From Gemmiger formicilis (GTDB lineage: Bacteria > Bacillota_I > Bacilli_A > RFN20 > CAG-826), in NCBI GenBank assembly GCA_963626345.1, contig CAVFXI010000017.1, positions 14,149-78,148 of the forward strand: a DNA stretch of 64,000 nucleotides, given 5' to 3'. Position 1 is the stretch's first letter. Each line of letters opens with the position of its first letter. Below the pieces are notes generated by a model, which saw nothing but the letters and a program-made list of their open reading frames with translations, searched no databases and was not told the DNA's origin. This document shows positions 18,645-28,311 of this stretch, in pieces. A program made the translations under genes and the position numbers.

Positions 18645-20783
18645 ATGGAAATTAGTAAGAGAATTAGTGAAGAATTAAATTTAAAGTTAACTAGTGTTGA
18701 ATCTGCTATAAAACTTTTAGATGAAGGAAATACTGTTCCTTTCATTGCTCGTTATAGAAAAGAGGCAACTGGTAATTTAACTGATGTTGACTTAAGAAAT
18801 CTTGAAGAAAGACTCATTTATCTAAGAAATCTTGAAGCAAGAATTGAAACAGTTTTAAAGTCAATTGAAGAACAAGGAAAATTAACTGATGAACTTAAAG
18901 AAAAGATTTTAAATGCAAAAACCTTATCTGAAGTCGAAGATCTTTATAGACCTTATAAACCAAAAAAGAAAACAAGAGGTTCGATTGCTCGAGAAAAAGG
19001 CCTTGCTCCTCTTGCAAAAACCATATATGAGCAACAAAAAGTTGATGATTTTGATGCATATGTTTCATCTTTTATAAATGAAGAAAAGAAAGTTTCAACA
19101 AAAGAAGAAGCTTTACAAGGTGCTTTAGATATTATTAGTGAAGACATTAGCGATGTTGCTGAATATAGACAATATATCAAACTTTTTATCTTTAATAATG
19201 GATTAATTGTTACTAAAGAAGCTCAAAAAGATGAAAAAGATACTTATGCAATGTATGCAGATTATAAAGAGGCAATCAAGACAATTCCTGCCCATAGAAT
19301 TTTAGCAATTAATCGTGGCGAAAAAGAAAAATGTTTGAAGGTTAAACTTGATTATCATGAAAATGTAATTAACGATTACATTGCAAAAGATGTTATTAAA
19401 AAGAATTTATATTTAGATTTATTACATAATGCTATTGATGATAGTTTAAAAAGACTTATATTCCCAAGCGTTGAAAATGAAATTAGGAGCGATTTATTTT
19501 CAAAAGCCGAAGACAAATCAATTGCTGTTTTTAAGAAAAACTTATATCAATTATTAATGTATCCACCAGTTAAAAACAAAACTATTTTGGGCTTTGATCC
19601 TGGTTTTAGAACAGGATGTAAATATGCTTTAGTTGATGGAAATGGTGTTCCTAGTTTGATTGGTCATAGTTACATTACTGCAAATTCTAGTGCCCAAGTA
19701 GAACGTTCAATATCTGAATTAACTTCAATTTTAAAAAAATACAAAATTGATTATATTGCTTTAGGAAATGGTACCGCTTCAAGAGAATCAGAAGTTGTCT
19801 TGAACAAAATTTTAAAAGACAATAACATCAATTCTAAGATATTTATTGTTAATGAAAGTGGAGCTTCTGTTTATAGTGCGAGTAAACTTGGCGAACAAGA
19901 ATTTCCAAAGCTTGCTGTAGAAGAAAGAAGTGCTATTTCGCTTGCTCGTAGAGTACAAGATCCATTAGCTGAACTTGTTAAAATAGACCCAAAGGCAATT
20001 GGTGTTGGTCAATATCAACACGATATGGACGAGAAAAAACTTGATTTCAGCCTAACAAATGTCGTTGAAGATGCTGTTAATAATGTTGGAATAAATGTTA
20101 ATACAGCTTCAATTAGTTTATTGAATTATGTTTCTGGTATTTCAAAAGCATTGGCTAAAAATATTTTTGAATATCGTAGTAAAAATGTATTTAAAAATAG
20201 AGAAGATCTTAAAAATGTTAAAGGCATGGGTGAAAAAGCATTCGAACAATGCGCTGGTTTTTTAAGAATTATCGATGGAAATAATCCACTTGATAATACA
20301 AGTGTTCACCCAGAAACCTATAATGTTGCAAATAAGATTTTAAAGTCTTGCAATATTGACTTAGAAAATGATTCTGATGAAGAAAGAAATTTTAAACTAG
20401 ATAAGGTTAATAAAAATGACATTATTAAAGAAACTGGTATTGGCTTAGAAACTTTAGAAGATATTATTTCAGAACTTAGAAAACCAGGAAGAGATATAAG
20501 AGACGATGTTAAAATTGTTGAACTTAATAATGATGTTAAAGACATTAAAGATTTAAAACCAGGGATGATTTTAAATGGAACTGTTCGTAACATTATGGAT
20601 TTTGGTATATTTGTTGATATCAATGTTCACCAAGATGGTTTGGTTCATATTAGCGAACTCGCAAATAAATATGTTAAAGATCCTGCCGATTTATTTAATG
20701 TTAACGACATTGTTAAAGTTAAAGTTATTGGCGTTGATGTTGCTAAAAAAAGAATTAGTTTATCTATTAAACAAGTTGAATAG
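18645..20783 (+). CDS. tex: Tex-like transcription accessory protein (S1 RNA-binding domain)
   Basis: 712 aa with a Tex N-terminus (..TVPFIARYRKEATG..), a YqgF-like middle, HhH repeats, and a C-terminal S1 domain (GTVRNIMDFGIFVDI..GLVHISEL). Confidence 0.9.
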   Translation: MEISKRISEELNLKLTSVESAIKLLDEGNTVPFIARYRKEATGNLTDVDLRNLEERLIYLRNLEARIETVLKSIEEQGKLTDELKEKILNAKTLSEVEDLYRPYKPKKKTRGSIAREKGLAPLAKTIYEQQKVDDFDAYVSSFINEEKKVSTKEEALQGALDIISEDISDVAEYRQYIKLFIFNNGLIVTKEAQKDEKDTYAMYADYKEAIKTIPAHRILAINRGEKEKCLKVKLDYHENVINDYIAKDVIKKNLYLDLLHNAIDDSLKRLIFPSVENEIRSDLFSKAEDKSIAVFKKNLYQLLMYPPVKNKTILGFDPGFRTGCKYALVDGNGVPSLIGHSYITANSSAQVERSISELTSILKKYKIDYIALGNGTASRESEVVLNKILKDNNINSKIFIVNESGASVYSASKLGEQEFPKLAVEERSAISLARRVQDPLAELVKIDPKAIGVGQYQHDMDEKKLDFSLTNVVEDAVNNVGINVNTASISLLNYVSGISKALAKNIFEYRSKNVFKNREDLKNVKGMGEKAFEQCAGFLRIIDGNNPLDNTSVHPETYNVANKILKSCNIDLENDSDEERNFKLDKVNKNDIIKETGIGLETLEDIISELRKPGRDIRDDVKIVELNNDVKDIKDLKPGMILNGTVRNIMDFGIFVDINVHQDGLVHISELANKYVKDPADLFNVNDIVKVKVIGVDVAKKRISLSIKQVE

Positions 20784-20848
20784 TAAATTAAAGATTTTAT
20801 AATAATCATTGTTCACGACACCTTTTAAGGGTTGTAGAAAGGAAAATT

Positions 20849-21595
20849 ATGGTATTAACTGTAGATATTGGCAATACTTTAATTAAATTAGGACTTTTTG
20901 ATGGGGATTCATTAAAGAACGTCTTCAAAATTAATGCTAATCGAAATTTAAGTAGTGATGAGTATGCCAAAGAAATTTATGAACTCATCAAAGTAGAGAA
21001 ACTAGAAGGGGCTATCATTTCAAGTGTTGTTCCTTTATTAACTCATGTTTTAGTTTATGCGATTAAAAGAGCTTATAAAATCGAGCCTTTAGTTGTTAAT
21101 AAAAATTTAAAAACAAAATTACCTATTAAAATTGATAATCCTAGTGAATTAGGAAGCGATCTTTTATGTGGAGCGATTGGCGCTTTAAAAAAATATAAAG
21201 CCCCTTTAGTAGTTGCTGATTTAGGCACTGCCACTAAGATGTTTGTTGTTGATAAAAGCGGAAATTTAATCGGCGGAATGATTACTTGTGGCATGAAAAT
21301 TAGTTTACAAAGTCTTGTAACTAATACTTCACAATTAATTGAAACTCCTCTTGAAAAACCAAAACATATTATTTCAAAAAATACAAAAGAGTGTATCCAA
21401 TCAGGTATTGTTTATGGTCAAGCTTTCATGGTTAGCGAATTTGCTAGACGTATGGAAAAAGAACTTGGATATGAACTAAATAGAGTTTTAACTGGTGGTT
21501 CTAGCTTTGTTATAAAAGATCAAATTGTTTGTTTTGAGTATGAACCAAATTTAACTTTAGATGGTTTATATGAAATTTATAAATTAAATAAATAG
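20849..21595 (+). CDS. coaX: type III pantothenate kinase
   Basis: 248 aa with LTVDIGNT at the N-terminus and an ADLGTA motif. Confidence 0.9.
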   Translation: MVLTVDIGNTLIKLGLFDGDSLKNVFKINANRNLSSDEYAKEIYELIKVEKLEGAIISSVVPLLTHVLVYAIKRAYKIEPLVVNKNLKTKLPIKIDNPSELGSDLLCGAIGALKKYKAPLVVADLGTATKMFVVDKSGNLIGGMITCGMKISLQSLVTNTSQLIETPLEKPKHIISKNTKECIQSGIVYGQAFMVSEFARRMEKELGYELNRVLTGGSSFVIKDQIVCFEYEPNLTLDGLYEIYKLNK

Positions 21596-21603
21596 GTGAG
21601 TTT

Positions 21604-22266
21604 ATGCAAAATAGAATTTTATTAAAGCAAATAGCAATAGATGCTTTATTTATCGCTTTGCTCGCAATTTTTTCATTTGTGCCATATATTGGATTTATCC
21701 AAGTTGGACCTATTTCATTTACGACAATTCATGTAATTGTTTTAGTTGGAGCAGCTTTCTTTGGTTGGAAACGTGGATTATTATATGGATTCTTTTTTGG
21801 GATTTTTAGTCTATTTAAAGCAATACAATTTCCAAATACAGTTGATTATTTTTTCTTAAATCCATTCATTTCAGTGTTACCAAGAATGTTATTTGGACTT
21901 ATATCTGGCTTAGTTTTTGATTTAATTAAAAAGAAACATTCATTTAAATTATTTGTTGGATTATTATTTCCAATTTCGGCAGTTTTAACATTTTTACATA
22001 CTTTTTTAACACTTAGTTGTTTCTATGTTTTTGGGGTTTTAGATATTTTTAAGATTACAGCCATACTTGGTTTAAAAGAACTCATGGATGGATTTTTAAA
22101 CACCTATCCTTCTTTTTGGGCGTTCATAATTGCAATGGTTACATTTGGTGCGGTTTGTGAAATGATTGTTGCAACAATAATTGTTCCTTCTATTTACTTA
22201 ATGATAAATAAAATTTATCATATTAATAGTTTTGAAAATAACCTAGAAAATAAGAAGAAGGAGTAG
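21604..22266 (+). CDS. ECF transporter S (substrate-capture) component, substrate unassigned
   Basis: 220 aa and roughly six TM helices. The N-terminal pattern (IAIDALFIALLAIFSFVPYIGFI..ISFTTIHVIVLVGA) is typical of ECF-S proteins. It lies 8 nt after coaX. Confidence 0.6.
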   Translation: MQNRILLKQIAIDALFIALLAIFSFVPYIGFIQVGPISFTTIHVIVLVGAAFFGWKRGLLYGFFFGIFSLFKAIQFPNTVDYFFLNPFISVLPRMLFGLISGLVFDLIKKKHSFKLFVGLLFPISAVLTFLHTFLTLSCFYVFGVLDIFKITAILGLKELMDGFLNTYPSFWAFIIAMVTFGAVCEMIVATIIVPSIYLMINKIYHINSFENNLENKKKE

Positions 22267-22269
22267 ACT

Positions 22270-23631
22270 ATGGATTATAAAAAACTCTGCAAAAATTACG
22301 AAGAAGAAGCAATAAAAACATTGCAAGGTGCGATACAAATTAACAGTGTTTATGATGAAAAAACAGTGAGTAAAGAAATGCCTTATGGTAAGGGCGTTCA
22401 TGATGTAATGGAATATATGAAGGGTGTCGCTTTAAAGGATGGATTTAGTGTTGATACTTGCGACGGAAGATGCCTTGAAATATCTTGTGGCGAAGGTGAA
22501 CACGTTGTTGGTATATTTGCCCATTTAGATGTTGTACCTGTTAGTGGAAAATGGACATATCCTGCTTTTGGCGCTGAAATTCATGATGAGGTCATGTATG
22601 GCAGAGGGACTAGCGATGATAAAGGACCTGGGATTGCTGCTTATTATGCTTTAAAAGCCTTAAAAAATGCTGGTTTAGTTAAAGGTTTCAAAGTAAAACT
22701 TGTTTTTGGCGGAGATGAGGAAAGAGGATCATCGTGCTTAGATTATTATTTCCATACTTTAAAGAAGCCAGATGTTACTTATGGATTTACTCCAGATGGA
22801 GATTTTCCATTAATTTATGGTGAAAAGGGTATTAGAGATTATAAATATGAAGGTAAAGTTGATTTAGGTCCAGTCCAATATATAAAGGCTGGTGTCGTTT
22901 CAAATGCAGTAATTGATAGTGCAATCGTTACAACATTAGAAGGCAAAAAGTTTAAAGACTATTTAGAAAATCATAAGGATTTTAAATATAAAATTGTTAG
23001 TGATGAAGGAGATAAAATCACAGTTGAATTTATCGGACTTTCAGCTCATGGCTCAACTCCTGAACTTGGAATTAATTCTGGCTTAATCATGCTTAAAGCA
23101 TTAGGAGAATGCTATGGATTGTCATTTTTAAATAAATTATATGATTTATATCAAGATCCAAATGGCAAAAGAATGAATGAATTTTATGAAACACAATTTC
23201 TTGGAGTTACAACTTATAATGTTGGCATGATTAACTATGAAAATGGGAATTTTGAATTAGTTGTTAATTTTAGATATCCAGAAAATGTTGATAGTGAAAA
23301 GGTCATTAATGAAATTGAAAAGATGACAGATCTTAAAATTATTAAAAAGAACCCACAACCAGTTGTTTATTTCAATCCTGAAACAACACCATTCATTCTT
23401 GCGCTTGCAAAAGTATATGTTGATGAAACTGGCGATACAATTAATAAGCCAATGGCAATTGGCGGTGGAACATATGCTAAAGAAGCAAAAAATATTGTTG
23501 CTTTTGGAAGCCATTTCCCAGGGAAAGAAGATAGAATTCATGGTGCTGATGAAAAGATAGATTTAGAAGATTTCTACTTAAGTATGCCACTTTATGCACA
23601 TGCAATAGTTGAATTAGGTAAATTGAAATAA
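22270..23631 (+). CDS. pepV: M20-family dipeptidase (PepV/Sapep-like)
   Basis: HLDVVP, GRGTSDDKGP and GGDEERGS metal-binding motifs. 453 aa. Confidence 0.85.
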   Translation: MDYKKLCKNYEEEAIKTLQGAIQINSVYDEKTVSKEMPYGKGVHDVMEYMKGVALKDGFSVDTCDGRCLEISCGEGEHVVGIFAHLDVVPVSGKWTYPAFGAEIHDEVMYGRGTSDDKGPGIAAYYALKALKNAGLVKGFKVKLVFGGDEERGSSCLDYYFHTLKKPDVTYGFTPDGDFPLIYGEKGIRDYKYEGKVDLGPVQYIKAGVVSNAVIDSAIVTTLEGKKFKDYLENHKDFKYKIVSDEGDKITVEFIGLSAHGSTPELGINSGLIMLKALGECYGLSFLNKLYDLYQDPNGKRMNEFYETQFLGVTTYNVGMINYENGNFELVVNFRYPENVDSEKVINEIEKMTDLKIIKKNPQPVVYFNPETTPFILALAKVYVDETGDTINKPMAIGGGTYAKEAKNIVAFGSHFPGKEDRIHGADEKIDLEDFYLSMPLYAHAIVELGKLK

Positions 23632-24311
23632 TGAGAGTTAAATTTAAGAGATGGGCTGTTGATTATTTAGAGGAATCTAAAGAAAATCAATTCAATCTAT
23701 TAGATGAGGATAAAAATAAGTTATCCTCATTTATTAATGAAAAAAAGACTTATATTGAAATTGGGCCAGGTAAAGGTGAATTTATTCTTTCGCTTGCATC
23801 TAAATTTCCTGAATATAATTTTATTGTTATTGAATTAAATAAAACTATTTCTGGAATATGTCTTAAAAAAATAGATGAATCAAAATTAACTAATGTTAAG
23901 TTGGTTGCTGGAGACTTTTATTTATTTGCTAATCAAATTGATAAAAATTCTATTGAAGGAGTCTTCTTAAATTTTAGTGATCCATGGCCAAAAAGAAAAC
24001 ATGCAAATAGAAGATTAACCAGCGATAGATTCTTATTAAATTATGCTTATATTCTTAAGATTGGCGGCAAAATTATTCAAAAAACTGACAACATAGATTT
24101 ATTTAATTATTCTTTAGAACAATATAAAGCAAATAATTGGCAAATAAATGATGTAAATTTAGAGTATAATATCTTAGATAATTTTGATGCCGAAACTGAA
24201 TATGAACATAAATTCAAATCTAAAGGAAACAAAATATATCGAGTAATCGCTGAGAACACTAAAGAAACAAAAGTAAGGGAAAAAGAAAATGAAATACGCA
24301 ATTTATTATAA
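23631..24311 (+). CDS. trmB: tRNA (guanine46-N7)-methyltransferase
   Basis: IEIGPGKGEF SAM motif and FSDPWPKRKH motif. Confidence 0.9.
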   Translation: MRVKFKRWAVDYLEESKENQFNLLDEDKNKLSSFINEKKTYIEIGPGKGEFILSLASKFPEYNFIVIELNKTISGICLKKIDESKLTNVKLVAGDFYLFANQIDKNSIEGVFLNFSDPWPKRKHANRRLTSDRFLLNYAYILKIGGKIIQKTDNIDLFNYSLEQYKANNWQINDVNLEYNILDNFDAETEYEHKFKSKGNKIYRVIAENTKETKVREKENEIRNLL

Positions 24312-24906
24312 CTACAAAACAATTGGTGATGTGCTAGTTATTATTTTTGATAGCAATGCGCATCCAGATAAAGTTAAAAAAAGTAATGATGTTGTAGGAT
24401 TATATAAAGATGACATATTAGTTGGTATTAATATTTTGAATTTTAGCGAAATTATGAAACTCAAAGTTGACGGATTCATTCCTGTCATTAATAAAAAAAT
24501 GTTAGAAATAATTAATGATACTTTAGCAAATGCAGGTTTTGAACCTTTAGAAGAACAAAAAGAATCAGGTTTTAGAGTGGCTGAAATTATTGAATGCGAA
24601 GAACATCCAGATTCAGAACACCTCCATATTTTAAAAGTAAATGTTGGCAACAATGAGATTTTAGATATTGTATGTGGCGCTTTTAATGCACGTGTTGGAT
24701 TAAAGTGCGTTTGTGCGCTACCTTATACATTTATGCCAAATGGTCAACAAATCATTCCTTCTAAGTTGCTTGGAATTCAATCGAATGGAATGCTTTGTAG
24801 CGGTAGAGAACTTGCTCTCCCAGGTTATGAAGGGAAACATGGTTTACTCGAACTTGATGAAAATTCAGTGGTTGGATCTGATTTTTTCAAGGAAGTTGTT
24901 GAATAA
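24289..24906 (+). CDS. ytpR: YtpR-like tRNA-binding domain protein
   Basis: 205 aa. The C-terminal OB-type tRNA-binding domain reads AEIIECEEHPDSEHLHILKVNVG..GIQSNGMLCS. Confidence 0.75.
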   Translation: MKYAIYYNYKTIGDVLVIIFDSNAHPDKVKKSNDVVGLYKDDILVGINILNFSEIMKLKVDGFIPVINKKMLEIINDTLANAGFEPLEEQKESGFRVAEIIECEEHPDSEHLHILKVNVGNNEILDIVCGAFNARVGLKCVCALPYTFMPNGQQIIPSKLLGIQSNGMLCSGRELALPGYEGKHGLLELDENSVVGSDFFKEVVE

Positions 24907-24929
24907 TTTTAAACATCTAATTATTTCTT

Positions 24930-24966
24930 AAGTGGTTTTCTTTTGATGGAAAGCCACTTTTTTAAT
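24930..24966 (+). terminator. intrinsic terminator after ytpR
   Basis: AAGTGGTTTTC-loop-GAAAGCCACTT followed by TTTTTT. Confidence 0.6.
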
Positions 24967-25084
24967 GTTTGGATTATAAAATATGTGCTATGAAAATAAA
25001 TTTAAAAACAAATGAAAAATTTTCACAATTTTTTACATTTTGTAATTATAATGCTATAATAAAAATGCTTTTGGAGGTGAATTT

Positions 25085-26083
25085 ATGGATAACCTTAAAG
25101 AAAGAGTAACGATTTATGAAGTAGCGAAAGCAAGTGGGGTTTCTTTAGCTACTGTTTCAAGAGTCATTAACAATAGTGACTCAGTTAAAGAAGATACAAA
25201 AAAGAAAGTTTTAGGAGTAATAAAAAGACTTGGCTATAAACCTAGTGGTTTGGCTCAAGCTTTAGCGACTAATAAAACTACAAATATTGGTGTTATTATT
25301 CCTAGTGCAAATTATGTTTATATTTCAAACCTTTTAAATGGTGTTTGTGAAGTTTGTAGAGATAAAGGATTTAGTGTTTCTCTTTATACAACTTCTCATT
25401 CAAGAGAAGATGCTTTATCTTGTCTAGAAAAAGTTATTAAATCACATGTTGATGGTGTTATTGTTTTTGATGATGAACTTGGGCCTGATGATTTAGTTAT
25501 TTTTAATTCATATTCTGTGCCAGTTATCGCAATTAATAATAACTTTACAGCAAGCAAAATTGGATCAATTAGTTTCGGCTATGAACATTTAATTAAATCT
25601 ATTATTCAAGATTATTTCAATAGAGGCGATAAGAAGATGACTTTCTTACATGTTCATAATGCAGGAAGATTACTTGCTCGTGTTGAAAATGCTTTTATTA
25701 AAACTCACGTTGAAGCGGATAGAGAATACGACATTATGAATTGCGATGATAGTTATACAAGAACATATCGTGATTTTATGGAAAGATTTAAAACAAGCCA
25801 TAAAGAATATGTTATTGCTTACAGAGATTCTATCGCTGCAGCCGTACTTAATGCAGCTACGGATAGTGGTTTAAGAGTTCCAGAAGATGTTGAAGTTCTT
25901 TCGATTATTGGAACTAAATATAGTAATATTTTCCGTCCACAAATTAGTAATATGTACATTGATAACCAGGAAGTAGGGCGAAGAGCAATGTATATGTTAA
26001 TAGATTTGATTAATGATAATTTAGTTGAGAAACAATATAAATTTGAATCTGTTTATATTAAGAAAGATTCTACTCGTTTTTAA
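25085..26083 (+). CDS. LacI/CcpA-family transcriptional regulator
   Basis: N-terminal HTH (VTIYEVAKASGVSLATVSRVINN) followed by a periplasmic-binding-protein-like sugar-binding fold. Confidence 0.85.
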   Translation: MDNLKERVTIYEVAKASGVSLATVSRVINNSDSVKEDTKKKVLGVIKRLGYKPSGLAQALATNKTTNIGVIIPSANYVYISNLLNGVCEVCRDKGFSVSLYTTSHSREDALSCLEKVIKSHVDGVIVFDDELGPDDLVIFNSYSVPVIAINNNFTASKIGSISFGYEHLIKSIIQDYFNRGDKKMTFLHVHNAGRLLARVENAFIKTHVEADREYDIMNCDDSYTRTYRDFMERFKTSHKEYVIAYRDSIAAAVLNAATDSGLRVPEDVEVLSIIGTKYSNIFRPQISNMYIDNQEVGRRAMYMLIDLINDNLVEKQYKFESVYIKKDSTRF

Positions 26084-26141
26084 TTGTTAGTTTATTTAAA
26101 ATTTGTATAATAAATAAGGTATTTGTTAGGAGAAATAATTT

Positions 26142-26852
26142 ATGGATATTTACGATACTTTTATACGTTCAATTTATGACTTTCCAATTAAAGGAATTAA
26201 CTTTAGAGATATCACTCCACTTTGTGCGGATGGAGATGCTTTCCATCAAGTTATTATGGATATGAATAAGGAATTACCATCGTATGATAAATATGACAAA
26301 ATAATTTGCGCTGAAAGTAGAGGATTTATTTTTGGAGCACCTCTTGCTGCTCAAAATAACAAAGGCTTAGTTTTAGCAAGAAAACCAGGAAAACTTCCTC
26401 TTGTTGGTTATAAAGTCACTTATAAACTTGAATATGGAGAAGCAAGTATTGAAATTCCAAAAGGAGCTATCAATCCTGGAGATCGTGTCATTATTCTTGA
26501 CGACTTAATTGCTACTGGTGGTAGTGCAAAAGCTATGGTTGATCTTGTTAAAGAGTCTGGTGGTATTCCAATTATGGCTTTATTCTTGATTGAATTACGT
26601 AGTTTACAAGGATATAAAAATTTAGGAATTCCTACTAAAGCAATTGTAAGTTATGGATTGCATACTGGGGATTTATTACAAATTGATAAGAATCATGAAA
26701 ACTTAGTTACATTTGTTGATAAAGCAAGTGATGATGAGTTAAATTGCAAAGATAAAAATGGTAAAGACATTACGGTTAACAAAAAAGATATTATTTCAAT
26801 TGTTCAAAAAGATTCTGATGGTCGTTTATCTTACATCAGATATAGAGATTAG
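26142..26852 (+). CDS. apt: adenine phosphoribosyltransferase with a ~60-aa C-terminal extension
   Basis: FRDITPL motif and PRPP loop VIILDDLIATGGSA. The Apt core ends near residue 172, but the ORF runs to 236 aa. Confidence 0.85.
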   Translation: MDIYDTFIRSIYDFPIKGINFRDITPLCADGDAFHQVIMDMNKELPSYDKYDKIICAESRGFIFGAPLAAQNNKGLVLARKPGKLPLVGYKVTYKLEYGEASIEIPKGAINPGDRVIILDDLIATGGSAKAMVDLVKESGGIPIMALFLIELRSLQGYKNLGIPTKAIVSYGLHTGDLLQIDKNHENLVTFVDKASDDELNCKDKNGKDITVNKKDIISIVQKDSDGRLSYIRYRD

Positions 26853-26883
26853 TTAAAACTTTGTTTATTATTTGGAGAAGATT

Positions 26884-28134
26884 ATGGCAAATATTATTGA
26901 TGATTTAAATTGGCGTGGTCTTATTAAGGATTATAGCGACCAAGAAAAAATGAGAAAGTTACTTGAAACTCCTCAAACTATTTATTGTGGTTTTGATCCA
27001 AGTGCATCAAGTTTACACCTTGGTAATTTTGTTATGATTTCAATCTTAATGAGATTGCAACAAGCTGGTCATAGAATTATTGCTCTTGTTGGTGGTGGAA
27101 CTGGTATGATTGGCGATCCAAGTGGCAAGAGCAAAGAAAGAAATTTACTTGATAAAAACGCTACTAAAGCCAATGCTGACGCAATCTATAATCAACTTAC
27201 AAAATTCTTACATTTTGATGATCCATCAAAAGGAAAAATGGTTAACAATTACGATTGGCTCTCGCAAATTTCACTCTTGGATTATCTTAGAGATTATGCA
27301 AAATACTTTAATGTTTCGTATATGATTAATAAGGATATCGTTAAGAGTAGACTTGAAGCTGGTATTAGTTTAGCTGAATTTTCATATATGACTCTTCAAT
27401 CAATTGATTTCTTAAAGTTACATGAAATTGAAGGTGCAAACATTCAAATTGGTGGAAGCGATCAATGGGGTAACTTGACTGCTGGTCTTGAATTGATTAG
27501 AAAAGTACAACCAGATGCCGAATGCGAAGTCATGACTGCAAATTTGATCACTAGAAGCGATGGAAAGAAGTTTGGAAAATCTGAAGATGGCGCATTATTT
27601 TTAGATCCAAAACTTACTTCACCATATAAAATGTATCAATTCTTTATTAACCAAAGTGATGAAGATAGTGTTAAGTATATTAAAATTTTCACTTTCTTAA
27701 GCAAAGAAGAAATTACCGAAATCGAAAAAGAACATTTAGCAAACTTAGGGCAAAGAATTGCTCAAAAACGTTTAGCTTATGAAGTTGTTAAAATTATTCA
27801 TGGTGAAGATGCTGCTAATGAAGCAATTAAAATGAGTGAATGCTTATTTAAAAATGATTTTAAAGATTTAAAAGAAGAACAAATTGAAGAATTGTTCCCA
27901 AAGAATATGATTCATGAAGTTAGTGGTGAATTTTCATTAGTTGATTTAGTCATTGAAGCAGGTGCTGCTTCATCAAAAAGAGAGGCTCGTGAATTTATTA
28001 AAAACGGAGCAATCTTAATTAATGGCGAACAAGAAAAAGATGAAAATAAAGTTCTTGGCGCTAAAGATGGTCTCTTTAATAAATATATTATTTTAAGAAG
28101 AGGCAAGAAAAACTATTATTTATTGAAATTTTAA
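26884..28134 (+). CDS. tyrS: tyrosine--tRNA ligase
   Basis: HIGH-type SLHLGN, KMSKS-type KFGKS, and a C-terminal S4-like domain. The start is taken at ATG 26884 (GGAG 7 nt upstream) instead of TTG 26872. Confidence 0.95.
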   Translation: MANIIDDLNWRGLIKDYSDQEKMRKLLETPQTIYCGFDPSASSLHLGNFVMISILMRLQQAGHRIIALVGGGTGMIGDPSGKSKERNLLDKNATKANADAIYNQLTKFLHFDDPSKGKMVNNYDWLSQISLLDYLRDYAKYFNVSYMINKDIVKSRLEAGISLAEFSYMTLQSIDFLKLHEIEGANIQIGGSDQWGNLTAGLELIRKVQPDAECEVMTANLITRSDGKKFGKSEDGALFLDPKLTSPYKMYQFFINQSDEDSVKYIKIFTFLSKEEITEIEKEHLANLGQRIAQKRLAYEVVKIIHGEDAANEAIKMSECLFKNDFKDLKEEQIEELFPKNMIHEVSGEFSLVDLVIEAGAASSKREAREFIKNGAILINGEQEKDENKVLGAKDGLFNKYIILRRGKKNYYLLKF

Positions 28135-28136
28135 AA

Positions 28137-28162
28137 AAATCGGGATTTCCCGATTTTTTTAT
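28137..28162 (+). terminator. intrinsic terminator after tyrS
   Basis: AAATCGGGA-TTT-CCCGATTT followed by TTTTT. Confidence 0.7.
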
Positions 28163-28200
28163 GCAAATTTCATATACGTTTCGCGCTCTTTTATGGAATT

Positions 28201-28240
28201 GTCATACTTGAAACTAGAAATTTCAAGTATGACTTTTTTT
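28201..28240 (+). terminator. second strong terminator-like hairpin downstream of tyrS
   Basis: Perfect 13-bp stem GTCATACTTGAAA / TTTCAAGTATGAC followed by TTTTTTT. Confidence 0.6.
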
Positions 28241-28271
28241 AAATCCGATTGTTAAATGATATAGTTTTTGC

Positions 28272-28299
28272 ATTAAAAAAGAGAACCTCTCGGTTCTCT
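28272..28299 (-). terminator. intrinsic terminator of rpsD
   Basis: GAGAACC-TCTC-GGTTCTC with a plus-strand A-run, which is a T-run on the minus strand, just after the rpsD stop. Confidence 0.6.
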
Positions 28300-28311
28300 A
28301 AATTGCTTAAA

